A DNA stretch of 64,000 nucleotides, taken from positions 409-64,408 of the forward strand of contig JAQUTN010000001.1 in the NCBI GenBank assembly GCA_028694375.1, in the 5' to 3' direction. Both the position numbers and the translations under genes were made by a program. This DNA comes from Bacteroidales bacterium. Lineage in GTDB: Bacteria > Bacteroidota > Bacteroidia > Bacteroidales > UBA1402. Of this stretch, positions 1-8,353 are shown one piece after another. How positions within the stretch are numbered: position 1 is the first letter of the stretch; every line of letters begins with the position of its first letter. Below the pieces are notes generated by a model. That model had not been told where the DNA came from. It was given only the letters and a program-made list of their open reading frames with translations, and did not search any database.

Positions 1-730
1 TGATGCATTGCAATAAAACAGGCACCATTCCGTTATAATCAATGGCTTTAAGACCAGTAAAAGAGTCCGTCTTTACTAATTCTGGAAATTCCTGTTCAAT
101 CTCCTGTGCTATAAAACCATATCTGATCCCTTTTGGTAAGTTCATTTCGGTGTTATACGCTCTTTCGTCTATGTCGTTTATAGAACCATCAAAAGGGGCT
201 AACTCTTCAGCATTTTTGAATTCATATGTTTTTCCGTCAATTTTACTTATTTTCTTTAGCATTGACTGACCATCCAACATATGAATATTTTTTTTCAGTA
301 GTAAATCAGACCCAGTCCAGGAACCTGTTGAAAAGGCATCACCACTTACATATAAACCATAATGAGTTCCATTTCCCCCACTAATATAAACAATTGCCTG
401 ACTATAATATGTACTGGGTGAAGTAAAAACTGCACATGGGGCATGCATACTGTTTGATATAGCATAAAATGTAACATCATCTGTCGGGTTTGACACAGTT
501 AATTGTCCTGAAAATAACGACCTTCCTGCTAACTTTAATTTATAATTGACATCAGGGACACAATTGATTCCTAAGTAATCTGTAAAATAATTTGAACCGG
601 AAGAAACAAGGTTATAACTAGAGTTTGCAGTTGCACTCAATCCTATATGACCGGAAGAGTTTACTTGGATCTGAGCATTAATCGGGAATAAAACAGAAAC
701 CAAAATAAAAATGAGAAAAAAGTTTTTCAT
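1..730 (-). CDS. Tail-fibre-like secreted protein with peptidase S74 / intramolecular-chaperone domain (5' part only; 3' end lies left of the window)
   Basis: Absent from the ORF track because it has no stop inside the window. My translation from the ATG (complement of 728-730) stays open to position 1: MKNFFLIFILVSVLFPINAQ...SWTGSDLLLKKNIHMLDG...GFIAQEIEQEFPELVKTD... It is a paralogue of 2981-3988, including a similar 5' UTR. Confidence 0.8.
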   Translation of the reverse strand, partial: MKNFFLIFILVSVLFPINAQIQVNSSGHIGLSATANSSYNLVSSGSNYFTDYLGINCVPDVNYKLKLAGRSLFSGQLTVSNPTDDVTFYAISNSMHAPCAVFTSPSTYYSQAIVYISGGNGTHYGLYVSGDAFSTGSWTGSDLLLKKNIHMLDGQSMLKKISKIDGKTYEFKNAEELAPFDGSINDIDERAYNTEMNLPKGIRYGFIAQEIEQEFPELVKTDSFTGLKAIDYNGMVPVLLQCI

Positions 731-869
731 AGCATAAAATTTAAAAGATAAAGATTGATTACATAAATGTAAACAGTAACTAACAATATTGTATTTTCAA
801 TAAGTTTAAAATGATGCTTATATGATAACAAAAGTGTATTATAGGCAAAAGTAACTTTTTCTAAGCGTA

Positions 870-2396
870 TTATCTTATCTCTAACTCTGAACCAATTTGT
901 ACTTCAAAAAACCCATTAATGGTTGCATCATTTTGAGCATCAATAGTCAGTTTTGAATTATTTTGAACATTAACATCTTGGACGTTTACATTACAACCAT
1001 TTACTGTGGTATTTGTCGTAACTGTTTGATTTACAAAATTTTTTGTTGGACATATTAATGCTTGAACTGCTCCATAGGCATCTAGCACACCATACCCCAT
1101 ATGCTCATTCCATGTACCATGTGGTTTTCCTGTTGTCGTTGAGTAGGTATAACCTCCAAGCTTTTGATTAGTAGTAGCGCAAATTATTTCAACAATTTCT
1201 GAATAATCTAAATACGGGTCAACTGATAATAATAATGCAATAACAGCAGAAACCTGTGGTGCTGCAAATGATGTTCCGCTTTCTGTTCTATAACCATTAT
1301 TTAGATCAAGACTATAAATATCCACACCAGGTGCAACTAAATCCAAATTAGTGCCATAGTTTGAGAAACTCGCCCTCATACCATCTGTACCTATTGCACC
1401 AACAGCAAGTACATTTGGATTTGATGCTGGATATGAAACTGATGAGGAATAATTATTCCCTGATGCACATACAACTACAACACCATTATTTGTAGCATAA
1501 AGAATTGCATCATCTATTGCTGTTGATGATGAAACAGAAAGACTAAGTTGAATAACGTCTGCGCCATTATCAACGGCATCTATAATAGCATCATCAAGTA
1601 TTGAACTTAATGGTCCAGTAATTCCAACGCAATATGGTAATATTCTAACACCAGTGTTGTTGATTCCTCCTGCTATTCCAGAAATACCAGTTGAATTATG
1701 TGGTTTTGCACTAATGATTCCTGCTATAAATGTGCCATGGTAATTAGTTGTTCTGGTATCGTTAGTATTTGTAACATAATTCCAACCCTTCCAATCATCT
1801 ATAAAACCGTTACTATCATCATCAGTACCATTGCCGGTAGTTGGATCATCAACTGTAGCCCATGCATCTTCTCCATTATTAAGAAATATGTTTTGGTATG
1901 AATCATTTCCTACCCCCAGTTCGGTATGTTCCCAATCGACTCCCGAATCTAATACTCCAACAACAACAGAAGAACTACCTGTAGTTACATCCCATGCTTG
2001 AGGCATATTAATTACAGGCAAATGCCATTGTAAGTATCTATTGGGGTCGTTAGGGAAAAAATCAATATACTCTCCAATTGATGCATATTCAATTAACTCA
2101 ATTGACTCATCTTTTTCAAGATTTTGAATAAATTTTTCAAAACTTTCACCATCAGGTACTGTTATATCAATATATCCAAGTTTATTTATTCTCTTTACCT
2201 TGTACTCTGTATCTAATTCCTTTCCTTTTGAAACCTTAACTGTAATCGTTTTTAAATCTACTTCAAAAAACTGTTCACCTTGTTTCAATTTTGGTTTATC
2301 TTGTGATTTTATTAAATTATGATGATTAACCACTTTTGTTTGAGAAAATGCTGTAATACTAATGAAAACAGAGATTAGTAGTGCTATTTTTTTCAT
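870..2396 (-). CDS. Subtilisin-like serine protease (peptidase S8), secreted
   Basis: 508-aa ORF with signal peptide MKKIALLISVFISITAFSQ. Asp/His/Ser triad motifs are present: VGVLDSGVD, HGTFIAGIISA, GTSFAAPQVSAVIALL. The C-terminal beta-strand-rich tail is not a classical T9SS CTD. Confidence 0.9.
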   Translation of the reverse strand: MKKIALLISVFISITAFSQTKVVNHHNLIKSQDKPKLKQGEQFFEVDLKTITVKVSKGKELDTEYKVKRINKLGYIDITVPDGESFEKFIQNLEKDESIELIEYASIGEYIDFFPNDPNRYLQWHLPVINMPQAWDVTTGSSSVVVGVLDSGVDWEHTELGVGNDSYQNIFLNNGEDAWATVDDPTTGNGTDDDSNGFIDDWKGWNYVTNTNDTRTTNYHGTFIAGIISAKPHNSTGISGIAGGINNTGVRILPYCVGITGPLSSILDDAIIDAVDNGADVIQLSLSVSSSTAIDDAILYATNNGVVVVCASGNNYSSSVSYPASNPNVLAVGAIGTDGMRASFSNYGTNLDLVAPGVDIYSLDLNNGYRTESGTSFAAPQVSAVIALLLSVDPYLDYSEIVEIICATTNQKLGGYTYSTTTGKPHGTWNEHMGYGVLDAYGAVQALICPTKNFVNQTVTTNTTVNGCNVNVQDVNVQNNSKLTIDAQNDATINGFFEVQIGSELEIR

Positions 2397-2402
2397 GATT
2401 GA

Positions 2403-2897
2403 TTATTTAAGGATTAACGAATAACCACTTCGCTCTGGTAACTTTTTAAATACCTGCCATTTATAAAGGTAACATAAAGCTGTCCAGCAGTCGACACAAT
2501 GATTTATTGTTATTTCATATTTGAACTTATCATCGCATTTGAATAATGATGCAGAGGAAATTGAATCCGATATTGATGATGTGAGTATTTTAACACCAAC
2601 TATCGTAACTGTATCCATATCAACAAGAGGTACTAAAGAATCGGAATAGATTTCATTTAGTTCTTCAACAGTATTAATAATGAATAAGGTCGTATCTTTA
2701 TAACTTCTAATTAAGCTGTTTTTATCTGAAAATAATACATCAAGGTTTTGGGCGAGATTTTCACCAATTAAGATTGGGTCAATAAATGTCCATTGACACA
2801 AGGAGTCATTTGGCTCGGGATCAACATTTCCGTTCTTATTGCAACTCAAACCGAGAGTCACAGACGAAAGAATTAAAAAAATTGCCGTGTTTTTCAT
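2403..2897 (-). CDS. Small Cys-rich lipoprotein of unknown function
   Basis: 164-aa ORF with a lipobox (LGLSC) after the signal peptide and six further Cys. It ends 6 nt upstream of the S8 protease start, which suggests an operon. Confidence 0.7.
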   Translation of the reverse strand: MKNTAIFLILSSVTLGLSCNKNGNVDPEPNDSLCQWTFIDPILIGENLAQNLDVLFSDKNSLIRSYKDTTLFIINTVEELNEIYSDSLVPLVDMDTVTIVGVKILTSSISDSISSASLFKCDDKFKYEITINHCVDCWTALCYLYKWQVFKKLPERSGYSLILK

Positions 2898-2980
2898 TTT
2901 TGAATTTGTTTTGTGGTTGTTACTTTCATATGTCGGCTACAATGATTAATACAAAATATCTGTTTCGTATCAATCTCTAT

Positions 2981-3988
2981 TTACTCCGTTAACACCATAG
3001 TTTTTGTATCAATGAGCTTGTTGTCCACAATCAGAGAATAAAGGTACATGCCTGGCTTTAGTTCGTTGGGCTCGATAGAAATGCTGCCCTTACCGCTCAG
3101 GTGGATTTTTTCAAGTTTGATTTGTGTGCCATTCATATCGTAAATGCCTATGAATGCATTTGTTGAATTCGATTTGATGTTGAATCGGATTTCGGTGGAG
3201 GTGATAAAGGGATTAGGTGAGTTTTGAAACAGTTCATTTTCTTCAATGGTTTCATGACCAAATACAGCTGTATTAGAACCTTCAGTTTTCAGGCTTTTAA
3301 AGGAGACTGAGCCGTAAATCATGTCTTCGAGTTTTTCTATTTGCTTTTGCTGCTCTTTGATGCATTGCAGCAAAACGGCTGTCATGCCGTCGTAATTAAT
3401 GGCTTTCAGTTGTGTGGCCGGATCAGTTTTGACCAGCTCAGGAAATTCCTGCTCAATCTCCTGTGCAATAAAACCATATCTGAATCCTTGAGGTAAGTTC
3501 ATAAACTGTTCACTGAGGTCAGATGTTGAAAATGGTTCTGTTTGCCTGAGCTCATCAATGTTTTTGAAAGCAAATTTTTTACCGTCAAGTTTCTGGATTT
3601 TTGTAAGCATAGACTCTCCATCAAGTATTGAGATATCCTTTTTTAACAAAAAATCAGAACCGACCCATGAGCCAGATGAAAAAGCATCGCCACTTACACA
3701 AAGTAAGTAAGAGCAACTAAAAGAGCTGCCCGCTGTAAGTAATATGCCTGGATAAGAGTTCTCGGCTGTTAAATGAAAAGTTGGCCCGGATTGCGTGGTT
3801 ATGCCGTTAATTCGCATAAAACCATTGATTGTATTAGTCCCTTCCAAAAGGCTGTTCCCCAATAAATTGAGCCTGTGGGTTGAATTTGGGTCTGTGCCAA
3901 GCCCGAGATTTCCGTACGTGTTGAGTTTCAGTTGTGCGCACACAAACGTTGTCGATAACAGTAATACCGAAATAAGAATGTTTTTCAT
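2981..3988 (-). CDS. Tail-fibre-like protein: short N-terminal segment, peptidase S74 intramolecular-chaperone domain, T9SS C-terminal sorting domain
   Basis: ORF 2981-4009. The likely start is Met8 (3988; MKNILISVLLLSTTFVCAQ), which aligns with the paralogue's start. It carries the SD-x-LLKK-x-I autoproteolysis-type motif, the GFIAQEIEQEFPELVKTD core, and a C-terminal NSPNPF...GMYLYSLIVDNKLIDTKTMVL tail typical of T9SS CTDs. Confidence 0.85.
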   Translation of the reverse strand: MKNILISVLLLSTTFVCAQLKLNTYGNLGLGTDPNSTHRLNLLGNSLLEGTNTINGFMRINGITTQSGPTFHLTAENSYPGILLTAGSSFSCSYLLCVSGDAFSSGSWVGSDFLLKKDISILDGESMLTKIQKLDGKKFAFKNIDELRQTEPFSTSDLSEQFMNLPQGFRYGFIAQEIEQEFPELVKTDPATQLKAINYDGMTAVLLQCIKEQQKQIEKLEDMIYGSVSFKSLKTEGSNTAVFGHETIEENELFQNSPNPFITSTEIRFNIKSNSTNAFIGIYDMNGTQIKLEKIHLSGKGSISIEPNELKPGMYLYSLIVDNKLIDTKTMVLTE

Positions 3989-4245
3989 GGCATAATATTT
4001 TAAAGACAATTATTGATTCTGTAAGAGTGTATTAGTGTTTAATTAGACATTACCAGATGATTCAATGAACAGACAAAACCAATTCAAAAGAAACAAAAAA
4101 ATAATACGAAAGGCGAATATGAAAGTTAATAATGTATAAAATTACAACATGGCTTTAGTAGCGGGACTTGTGAGCAAGCATCAGATACCGGCCTGCCAAA
4201 TTGAATTTTCGGGAATGGTTTTAGAGATTAATTAGAAGAAAAGAA

Positions 4246-4253
4246 TATCTTTG
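4246..4253 (+). promoter_or_regulatory. Candidate Bacteroidota -7 promoter box (TAnnTTTG)
   Basis: tatctttg lies 27 nt upstream of the ATG at 4280. Confidence 0.4.
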
Positions 4254-4279
4254 AGCCGCATTATTAAATCAAAAATAAC

Positions 4280-4846
4280 ATGAAAACAACGACCTCTCTT
4301 TTGATTCTTAGTCTGCTGCTTTGCTTTAGTGTGTATGGACAGAACGCAACTAATGAAGTGATTAATACCATACTGAATGGCTATTCGGTCAGGGCATACA
4401 GCTCGGAGCCGGTTTCGGATCAGGATATAGAATTGATTATCGATTGCGGAGTGAAAGCTCCCAGCGCCAGAAATACCCAGGACTGGAAATTTACTGTCAT
4501 CAAAAACCAGGACCTGGTTGGGCAAATCGTGCATAATGCCACTCCGGGCAATGTGGTCATTATTATTTCCGGGCCCGAATCGGCCGAACGGGGTATGAGT
4601 GTGAATTTCGACTGCGCTTTGGCCACGGAAAATATGTTTATTGCGGCTCAGAGCCTGGGCCTGGGCGCCCGCATATATACCGGGCCTATTGGTGATGTCA
4701 ATGCAAAGAAGCCGGATTTTCAGATTCCCGAAGGCTACAGGGCTGTTGCTGCCTTGAGGATTGGGCATTTGGATAAGACTGTGGATGCGGTGTCGGCGGC
4801 TTCGTCGCGGAAGGCGAAGGCGGGGTTGGTTAATGTGGTGGAGTGA
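4280..4846 (+). CDS. Nitroreductase family protein with N-terminal signal peptide
   Basis: 188-aa ORF. The SARNTQDWKFTVI motif is typical of the NADH-oxidase/flavin-reductase nitroreductase fold. The N-terminus MKTTTSLLILSLLLCFSVYGQ looks like a signal peptide. Confidence 0.85.
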   Translation: MKTTTSLLILSLLLCFSVYGQNATNEVINTILNGYSVRAYSSEPVSDQDIELIIDCGVKAPSARNTQDWKFTVIKNQDLVGQIVHNATPGNVVIIISGPESAERGMSVNFDCALATENMFIAAQSLGLGARIYTGPIGDVNAKKPDFQIPEGYRAVAALRIGHLDKTVDAVSAASSRKAKAGLVNVVE

Positions 4847-4861
4847 GGGGGAGCTTTCACT

Positions 4862-5101
4862 TCATTTATCTTTTTGGACTGCGTCCAAGAAGATAGCTAC
4901 GCTCGGCAAAAGACAAAATTAATTTTGTCTTTTGCGCTCACTTAAACTAAATTTTTGGACTGCGTCCAAGAAGATAAACTCGCTCGGCAAAAGTCCTTGT
5001 ATTTTTAAATACACTATCTTTTTGGACTACGTCCAAGAATATAGCTGCGCTCGGCAATAGCAAAATAAATTTTGCTATTGCTCTCGCTTAAGCTATATTT
5101 G
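4862..5101 (+). repeat. Three tandem intergenic modules, each a conserved ~45-nt box with an 11-bp hairpin followed by a variable perfect palindrome
   Basis: The box (t)ctttttggacNgcgtccaagaaNataNctNcgctcggcaaNag occurs at about 4868, 4951 and 5017. Each box is followed by a palindrome: gcaaaagacaaaatt/aattttgtcttttgc, gtattt-tt-aaatac, and gcaatagcaaaat-aaa-attttgctattgc. Tail motifs gc(g/t)ctc(a/g)cttaa(a/g)cta follow copies 1 and 3. Confidence 0.85.
5094..5101 (+). promoter_or_regulatory. Candidate -7 promoter box for purD
   Basis: tatatttg (TAnnTTTG) lies 17 nt upstream of the purD ATG, at the end of the third repeat module. Confidence 0.45.
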
Positions 5102-5117
5102 TTCCCCAAAAAAAAGG

Positions 5118-6386
5118 ATGAAAATATTGTTGTTGGGTTCCGGGGGGCGGGAGCATGCGCTGGCCTGGAAGATTGCCCAAAGTCCCAAAACAGAGCGTTT
5201 GTTTATTGCACCGGGCAATGCCGGTACTTCCGGGGTGGGAATCAATGTACCTCTCGCGTTGGATGATTTTGCCGCCGTTCGGGATTTTGCTCTCAAAGAA
5301 CAGATCGATATGTTGGTGGTTGGGCCGGAGGATCCTCTGGTAAAGGGCATCAGCGATTATTTTGCTTCCGATCCGCTTACGGCGGGTATTCCGGTTATTG
5401 GCCCTTCCAAAAGTGGAGCGCGTCTGGAGGGCAGTAAGGATTTTTCCAAAGCCTTTATGCTGAGGCATAACATTCCCACTGCCGGTTATTTTAGCGTGAC
5501 GGCAGAGAATGTGCAGGCAGGCTTGGATTTTATGAAAACACTGCGGCCTCCCTATGTGCTCAAAGCCGATGGCCTGGCGGCCGGCAAGGGCGTTTTGATT
5601 ATTCAGGAGATGGAAGAGGCTCAAAACGAATTGAGAGCCATGCTCGATGGCAAGTTCGGAGCGGCCAGCAAGACGGTAGTTATCGAAGAATTTCTGAGCG
5701 GTATTGAATGCTCGGTTTTTGTCCTTACCGATGGCCGTCAATACAAGATTTTGCCCGAAGCCAAAGATTACAAAAGAATAGGCGAGGGCGACACCGGTCT
5801 GAATACCGGTGGAATGGGCTCCGTTTCGCCCGTGCCTTTTGCCGACAAGCTTTTTATGCAAAAAGTGGAAGAAAGGATTATTCGTCCTACCATCGAGGGT
5901 TTGCAAAAGGAAAACATCGATTACAAAGGCTTTATCTTTTTCGGATTGATCAAGGTAGGTCAAGAGCCTTATCTGATTGAATACAACGTTCGTATGGGCG
6001 ATCCCGAAACCGAAACCGTTATGCTCAGGATTAAATCAGATTTGGTCGATTTACTGGAGGGAGTGGCTCAGGGCAATCTCGACGAGAAAGAACTGGAATT
6101 TGATCCTCGTACGGCCGTTGCCGTAATGCTGGTTTCGGGAGGCTATCCGGGAGCTTACGAAAAAGGCAAAGAAATTACCGGCCTGGACAAGGTGAAAGAA
6201 AGCATCGTGTTCCACGCCGGTACCCAAACTCAGGACGGAAAGATTCTGAGCTCCGGAGGCAGGGTGCTGGCCGTCAGCTCCTATGGCAAAAACATTGCGG
6301 AGGCTTTATCGCTATCCTTCGACAATGCCCGCAAGATCCATTTCGAGAACAGTTATTTCCGTTCCGATATCGGCTTCGATTTATAG
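5118..6386 (+). CDS. purD: Phosphoribosylamine--glycine ligase
   Basis: 422 aa. The N-terminus [23 protein letters not shown] and the ATP-grasp core are typical of PurD along the full length. Confidence 0.97.
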   Translation: MKILLLGSGGREHALAWKIAQSPKTERLFIAPGNAGTSGVGINVPLALDDFAAVRDFALKEQIDMLVVGPEDPLVKGISDYFASDPLTAGIPVIGPSKSGARLEGSKDFSKAFMLRHNIPTAGYFSVTAENVQAGLDFMKTLRPPYVLKADGLAAGKGVLIIQEMEEAQNELRAMLDGKFGAASKTVVIEEFLSGIECSVFVLTDGRQYKILPEAKDYKRIGEGDTGLNTGGMGSVSPVPFADKLFMQKVEERIIRPTIEGLQKENIDYKGFIFFGLIKVGQEPYLIEYNVRMGDPETETVMLRIKSDLVDLLEGVAQGNLDEKELEFDPRTAVAVMLVSGGYPGAYEKGKEITGLDKVKESIVFHAGTQTQDGKILSSGGRVLAVSSYGKNIAEALSLSFDNARKIHFENSYFRSDIGFDL

Positions 6387-6415
6387 AGAGCAAACCGGCA
6401 GTTTGTTCTTTTTTG
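6387..6415 (+). terminator. Intrinsic terminator after purD
   Basis: agagcaaac-cggca-gtttgttct forms a 9-bp stem with one G.U pair and runs into a T-tract. Confidence 0.6.
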
Positions 6416-6433
6416 CTTTTATAAGTTTCGAGT

Positions 6434-7435
6434 ATGAGCAGAAGAAATCTCATTCAGCATCTTTCGCGTACCAATGTCCTTTGGGTCGTTGGCCTGCTGC
6501 TTTTTGTGCTGGGAGTTGTCTTTAGCGCCATACTGCATTCACCCGGTAGTGATGTACTTTATTCAGAGGAGGTGGTCAGTCCGTTTTGGAAAATCTTCAG
6601 AGATTTTATACCAGGCGAATGGCTGCCGGTGTTGTTGCAATTTCTTTTGTTGCTGGCCAATGCCATTCTGTTCCAGTTTATAGTGCGTAAATATGAATTA
6701 CTGCGCACCCTGGGGGTTTTGACTTTTTTTATTTTCTGCTTTATTGCTGCGGCCAGCGTGCCTTTGCATCACCTGATTCCGGGTTCTTTTGCCGCCTTGT
6801 TTATAGGCTTGGCCTACATCAGTGTTTTTGAGAGTTACCGCAAGGAAAATTGCAATACACAGGTATACAATGCTTCTTTTTTGATTGTGTTGGCGTCTTT
6901 GTTTGTTCCGCCGCTGCTTTTTTTACTTCCCCTGTTTTGGTTGGTTTTCAATATAGTAAACACCATGAACTTCAAAAGATGGCTGGTATCACTTATGGGG
7001 GCATTGACCGTGTTTTGGCTGCTGGGCGGAGTCTTGTTTCTGAGTGATCAGTTGGAGCTGATTCCGGCCTTTTTTAAGGCCTGCTTACAACACGGCTGGG
7101 TGTTTTCTGATGAATTACCTCCCATGAGTATTATATTTGTCTCAATGCTTTGTTTGCTGGTTTTGTTGGCTGTTGTCAACTATTTGAGGCAGGTGTATTC
7201 CGAAAAAATCAGTGTACGTTCGGCTCTTTCTTTTTTGTTGGTTTCCTTGTTGGTCTTTTTTATTTCCCTGCTTCTCTTACCTGCTTATAAAGCCGATTAT
7301 TTTTTGTTAAGCACAGGCCCCGCAGCGATCATATTATCTCACTATTATGGAGTGGTAGTGAACAGATTCAGCCGTTTGGCTTTATATATTTTTCTTTTGA
7401 CGGCAGTGGGCAATTACTTGTCTTTTTTCTTCTGA
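6434..7435 (+). CDS. Polytopic integral membrane protein of unknown function
   Basis: 333 aa, almost entirely hydrophobic segments (about 8-10 predicted TM helices by eye). I recognise no catalytic motif. Confidence 0.75.
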   Translation: MSRRNLIQHLSRTNVLWVVGLLLFVLGVVFSAILHSPGSDVLYSEEVVSPFWKIFRDFIPGEWLPVLLQFLLLLANAILFQFIVRKYELLRTLGVLTFFIFCFIAAASVPLHHLIPGSFAALFIGLAYISVFESYRKENCNTQVYNASFLIVLASLFVPPLLFLLPLFWLVFNIVNTMNFKRWLVSLMGALTVFWLLGGVLFLSDQLELIPAFFKACLQHGWVFSDELPPMSIIFVSMLCLLVLLAVVNYLRQVYSEKISVRSALSFLLVSLLVFFISLLLLPAYKADYFLLSTGPAAIILSHYYGVVVNRFSRLALYIFLLTAVGNYLSFFF

Positions 7436-7490
7436 TTGTTCTCATATAGTTCGCTTACATTTCTCTGAAAGCACTCTGAGCAAGGCTATT

Positions 7491-8351
7491 TTATAATTTT
7501 ACAGCTCTGATGATTTCGCGTTTTCCCGGAGGCCCTTGCAGCCTTTCCACACCGAAGCCGGCTCGTTGCAACCTTCTTCTGATTTCGCCTTTGGCGCAAT
7601 AACTGACCAGAATGCCCCCTGTTTCCATATGTTCATACATTGAGGCAAAGAGTTCTTCTGTCCACATTTCGGCTTGTTTTTCGGGCGAAAATGCATCCCA
7701 GTACACCAGGTCGTAGCGCTCCGTTGGTTCGAACGAGGTAAAATCTCCCCTAAATTTGGTAAATCTTGTATGCGAAGCCGGATCTGTATGCCGAACATTC
7801 CACTCCGTAGCGTGAATAAAGTCGAGAACAGCCGCGGCCTTTTTTTGATCTTGTTCCGAAAATAAAGCAGGAAAGTTGAGGGCCTGAACCAGGTCGGGCG
7901 ACAGCGGATAGGCCTCTATGCAATCGTAGCTTAAGTTTAGTTGCAGGTTCCCGGCTTCCAGCATGGTCAGCAAAGCGTTGAGGCCGGTTCCCAGGCCCAG
8001 TTCAAAAACCTTTAGAGGTAGATTTGATGAACGAGCTGTTCCTGCAACCTGCGTGGCTTCTGCAGACTTGGTTTTTCCTGCAACCTGCGTGGTTCTTGTG
8101 GCCTGTGTGGCTTCAGTAGTCAAAGCGGTGGCAGCAGTTTGATTGTTTCCGGCAGCCTGCAGCCCGGAGGTTTTGCGACGATGTGCTTCGAGCAGGCCTG
8201 CCTGAATAAAAATATGGCGCGATTCCTGCAAGGCGCCGAAAGTAGAATGGTAATGTTCCTGCACCCTGTCTGAGTACAGGGTTTGTGAGCCATCAGCAGT
8301 CTGTCGGACTTCAAAGGCCTTATCGGGAAGGAGTTCGTTTTGTTGTTTCAT
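7491..8351 (-). CDS. mnmD: tRNA (mnm5s2U34)-methyltransferase, stand-alone MnmD/MnmC2-type, with a low-complexity insertion
   Basis: 286 aa with SAM motif I FELGLGTGLN and the YDLVYWDAFSPEKQAEMW signature of the MnmC methyltransferase domain (DUF752). A ~50-aa T/A/Q-rich insert precedes motif I. Confidence 0.8.
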   Translation of the reverse strand: MKQQNELLPDKAFEVRQTADGSQTLYSDRVQEHYHSTFGALQESRHIFIQAGLLEAHRRKTSGLQAAGNNQTAATALTTEATQATRTTQVAGKTKSAEATQVAGTARSSNLPLKVFELGLGTGLNALLTMLEAGNLQLNLSYDCIEAYPLSPDLVQALNFPALFSEQDQKKAAAVLDFIHATEWNVRHTDPASHTRFTKFRGDFTSFEPTERYDLVYWDAFSPEKQAEMWTEELFASMYEHMETGGILVSYCAKGEIRRRLQRAGFGVERLQGPPGKREIIRAVKL

Positions 8352-8353
8352 GC

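Noticed and set aside
42-269. 75-aa plus-strand ORF at the left edge
   Set aside because: It lies antisense to the open minus-strand frame (1-730), which encodes a clear paralogue of the 2981-3988 protein.
4862-5101. Possible mini-CRISPR array (direct repeats separated by unique sequence)
   Set aside because: There are only three repeat copies. The repeat is ~45 nt with irregular spacing (83 and 66 nt). The spacers are themselves perfect palindromes, and no cas genes or leader are present in the window. It is reported instead as a structured repeat / sRNA candidate.
5088-5963. 291-aa ORF on the minus strand (plus several 60-90-aa ORFs) overlapping purD
   Set aside because: It is antisense to the unambiguous purD gene and has no motifs, so it is a shadow ORF.
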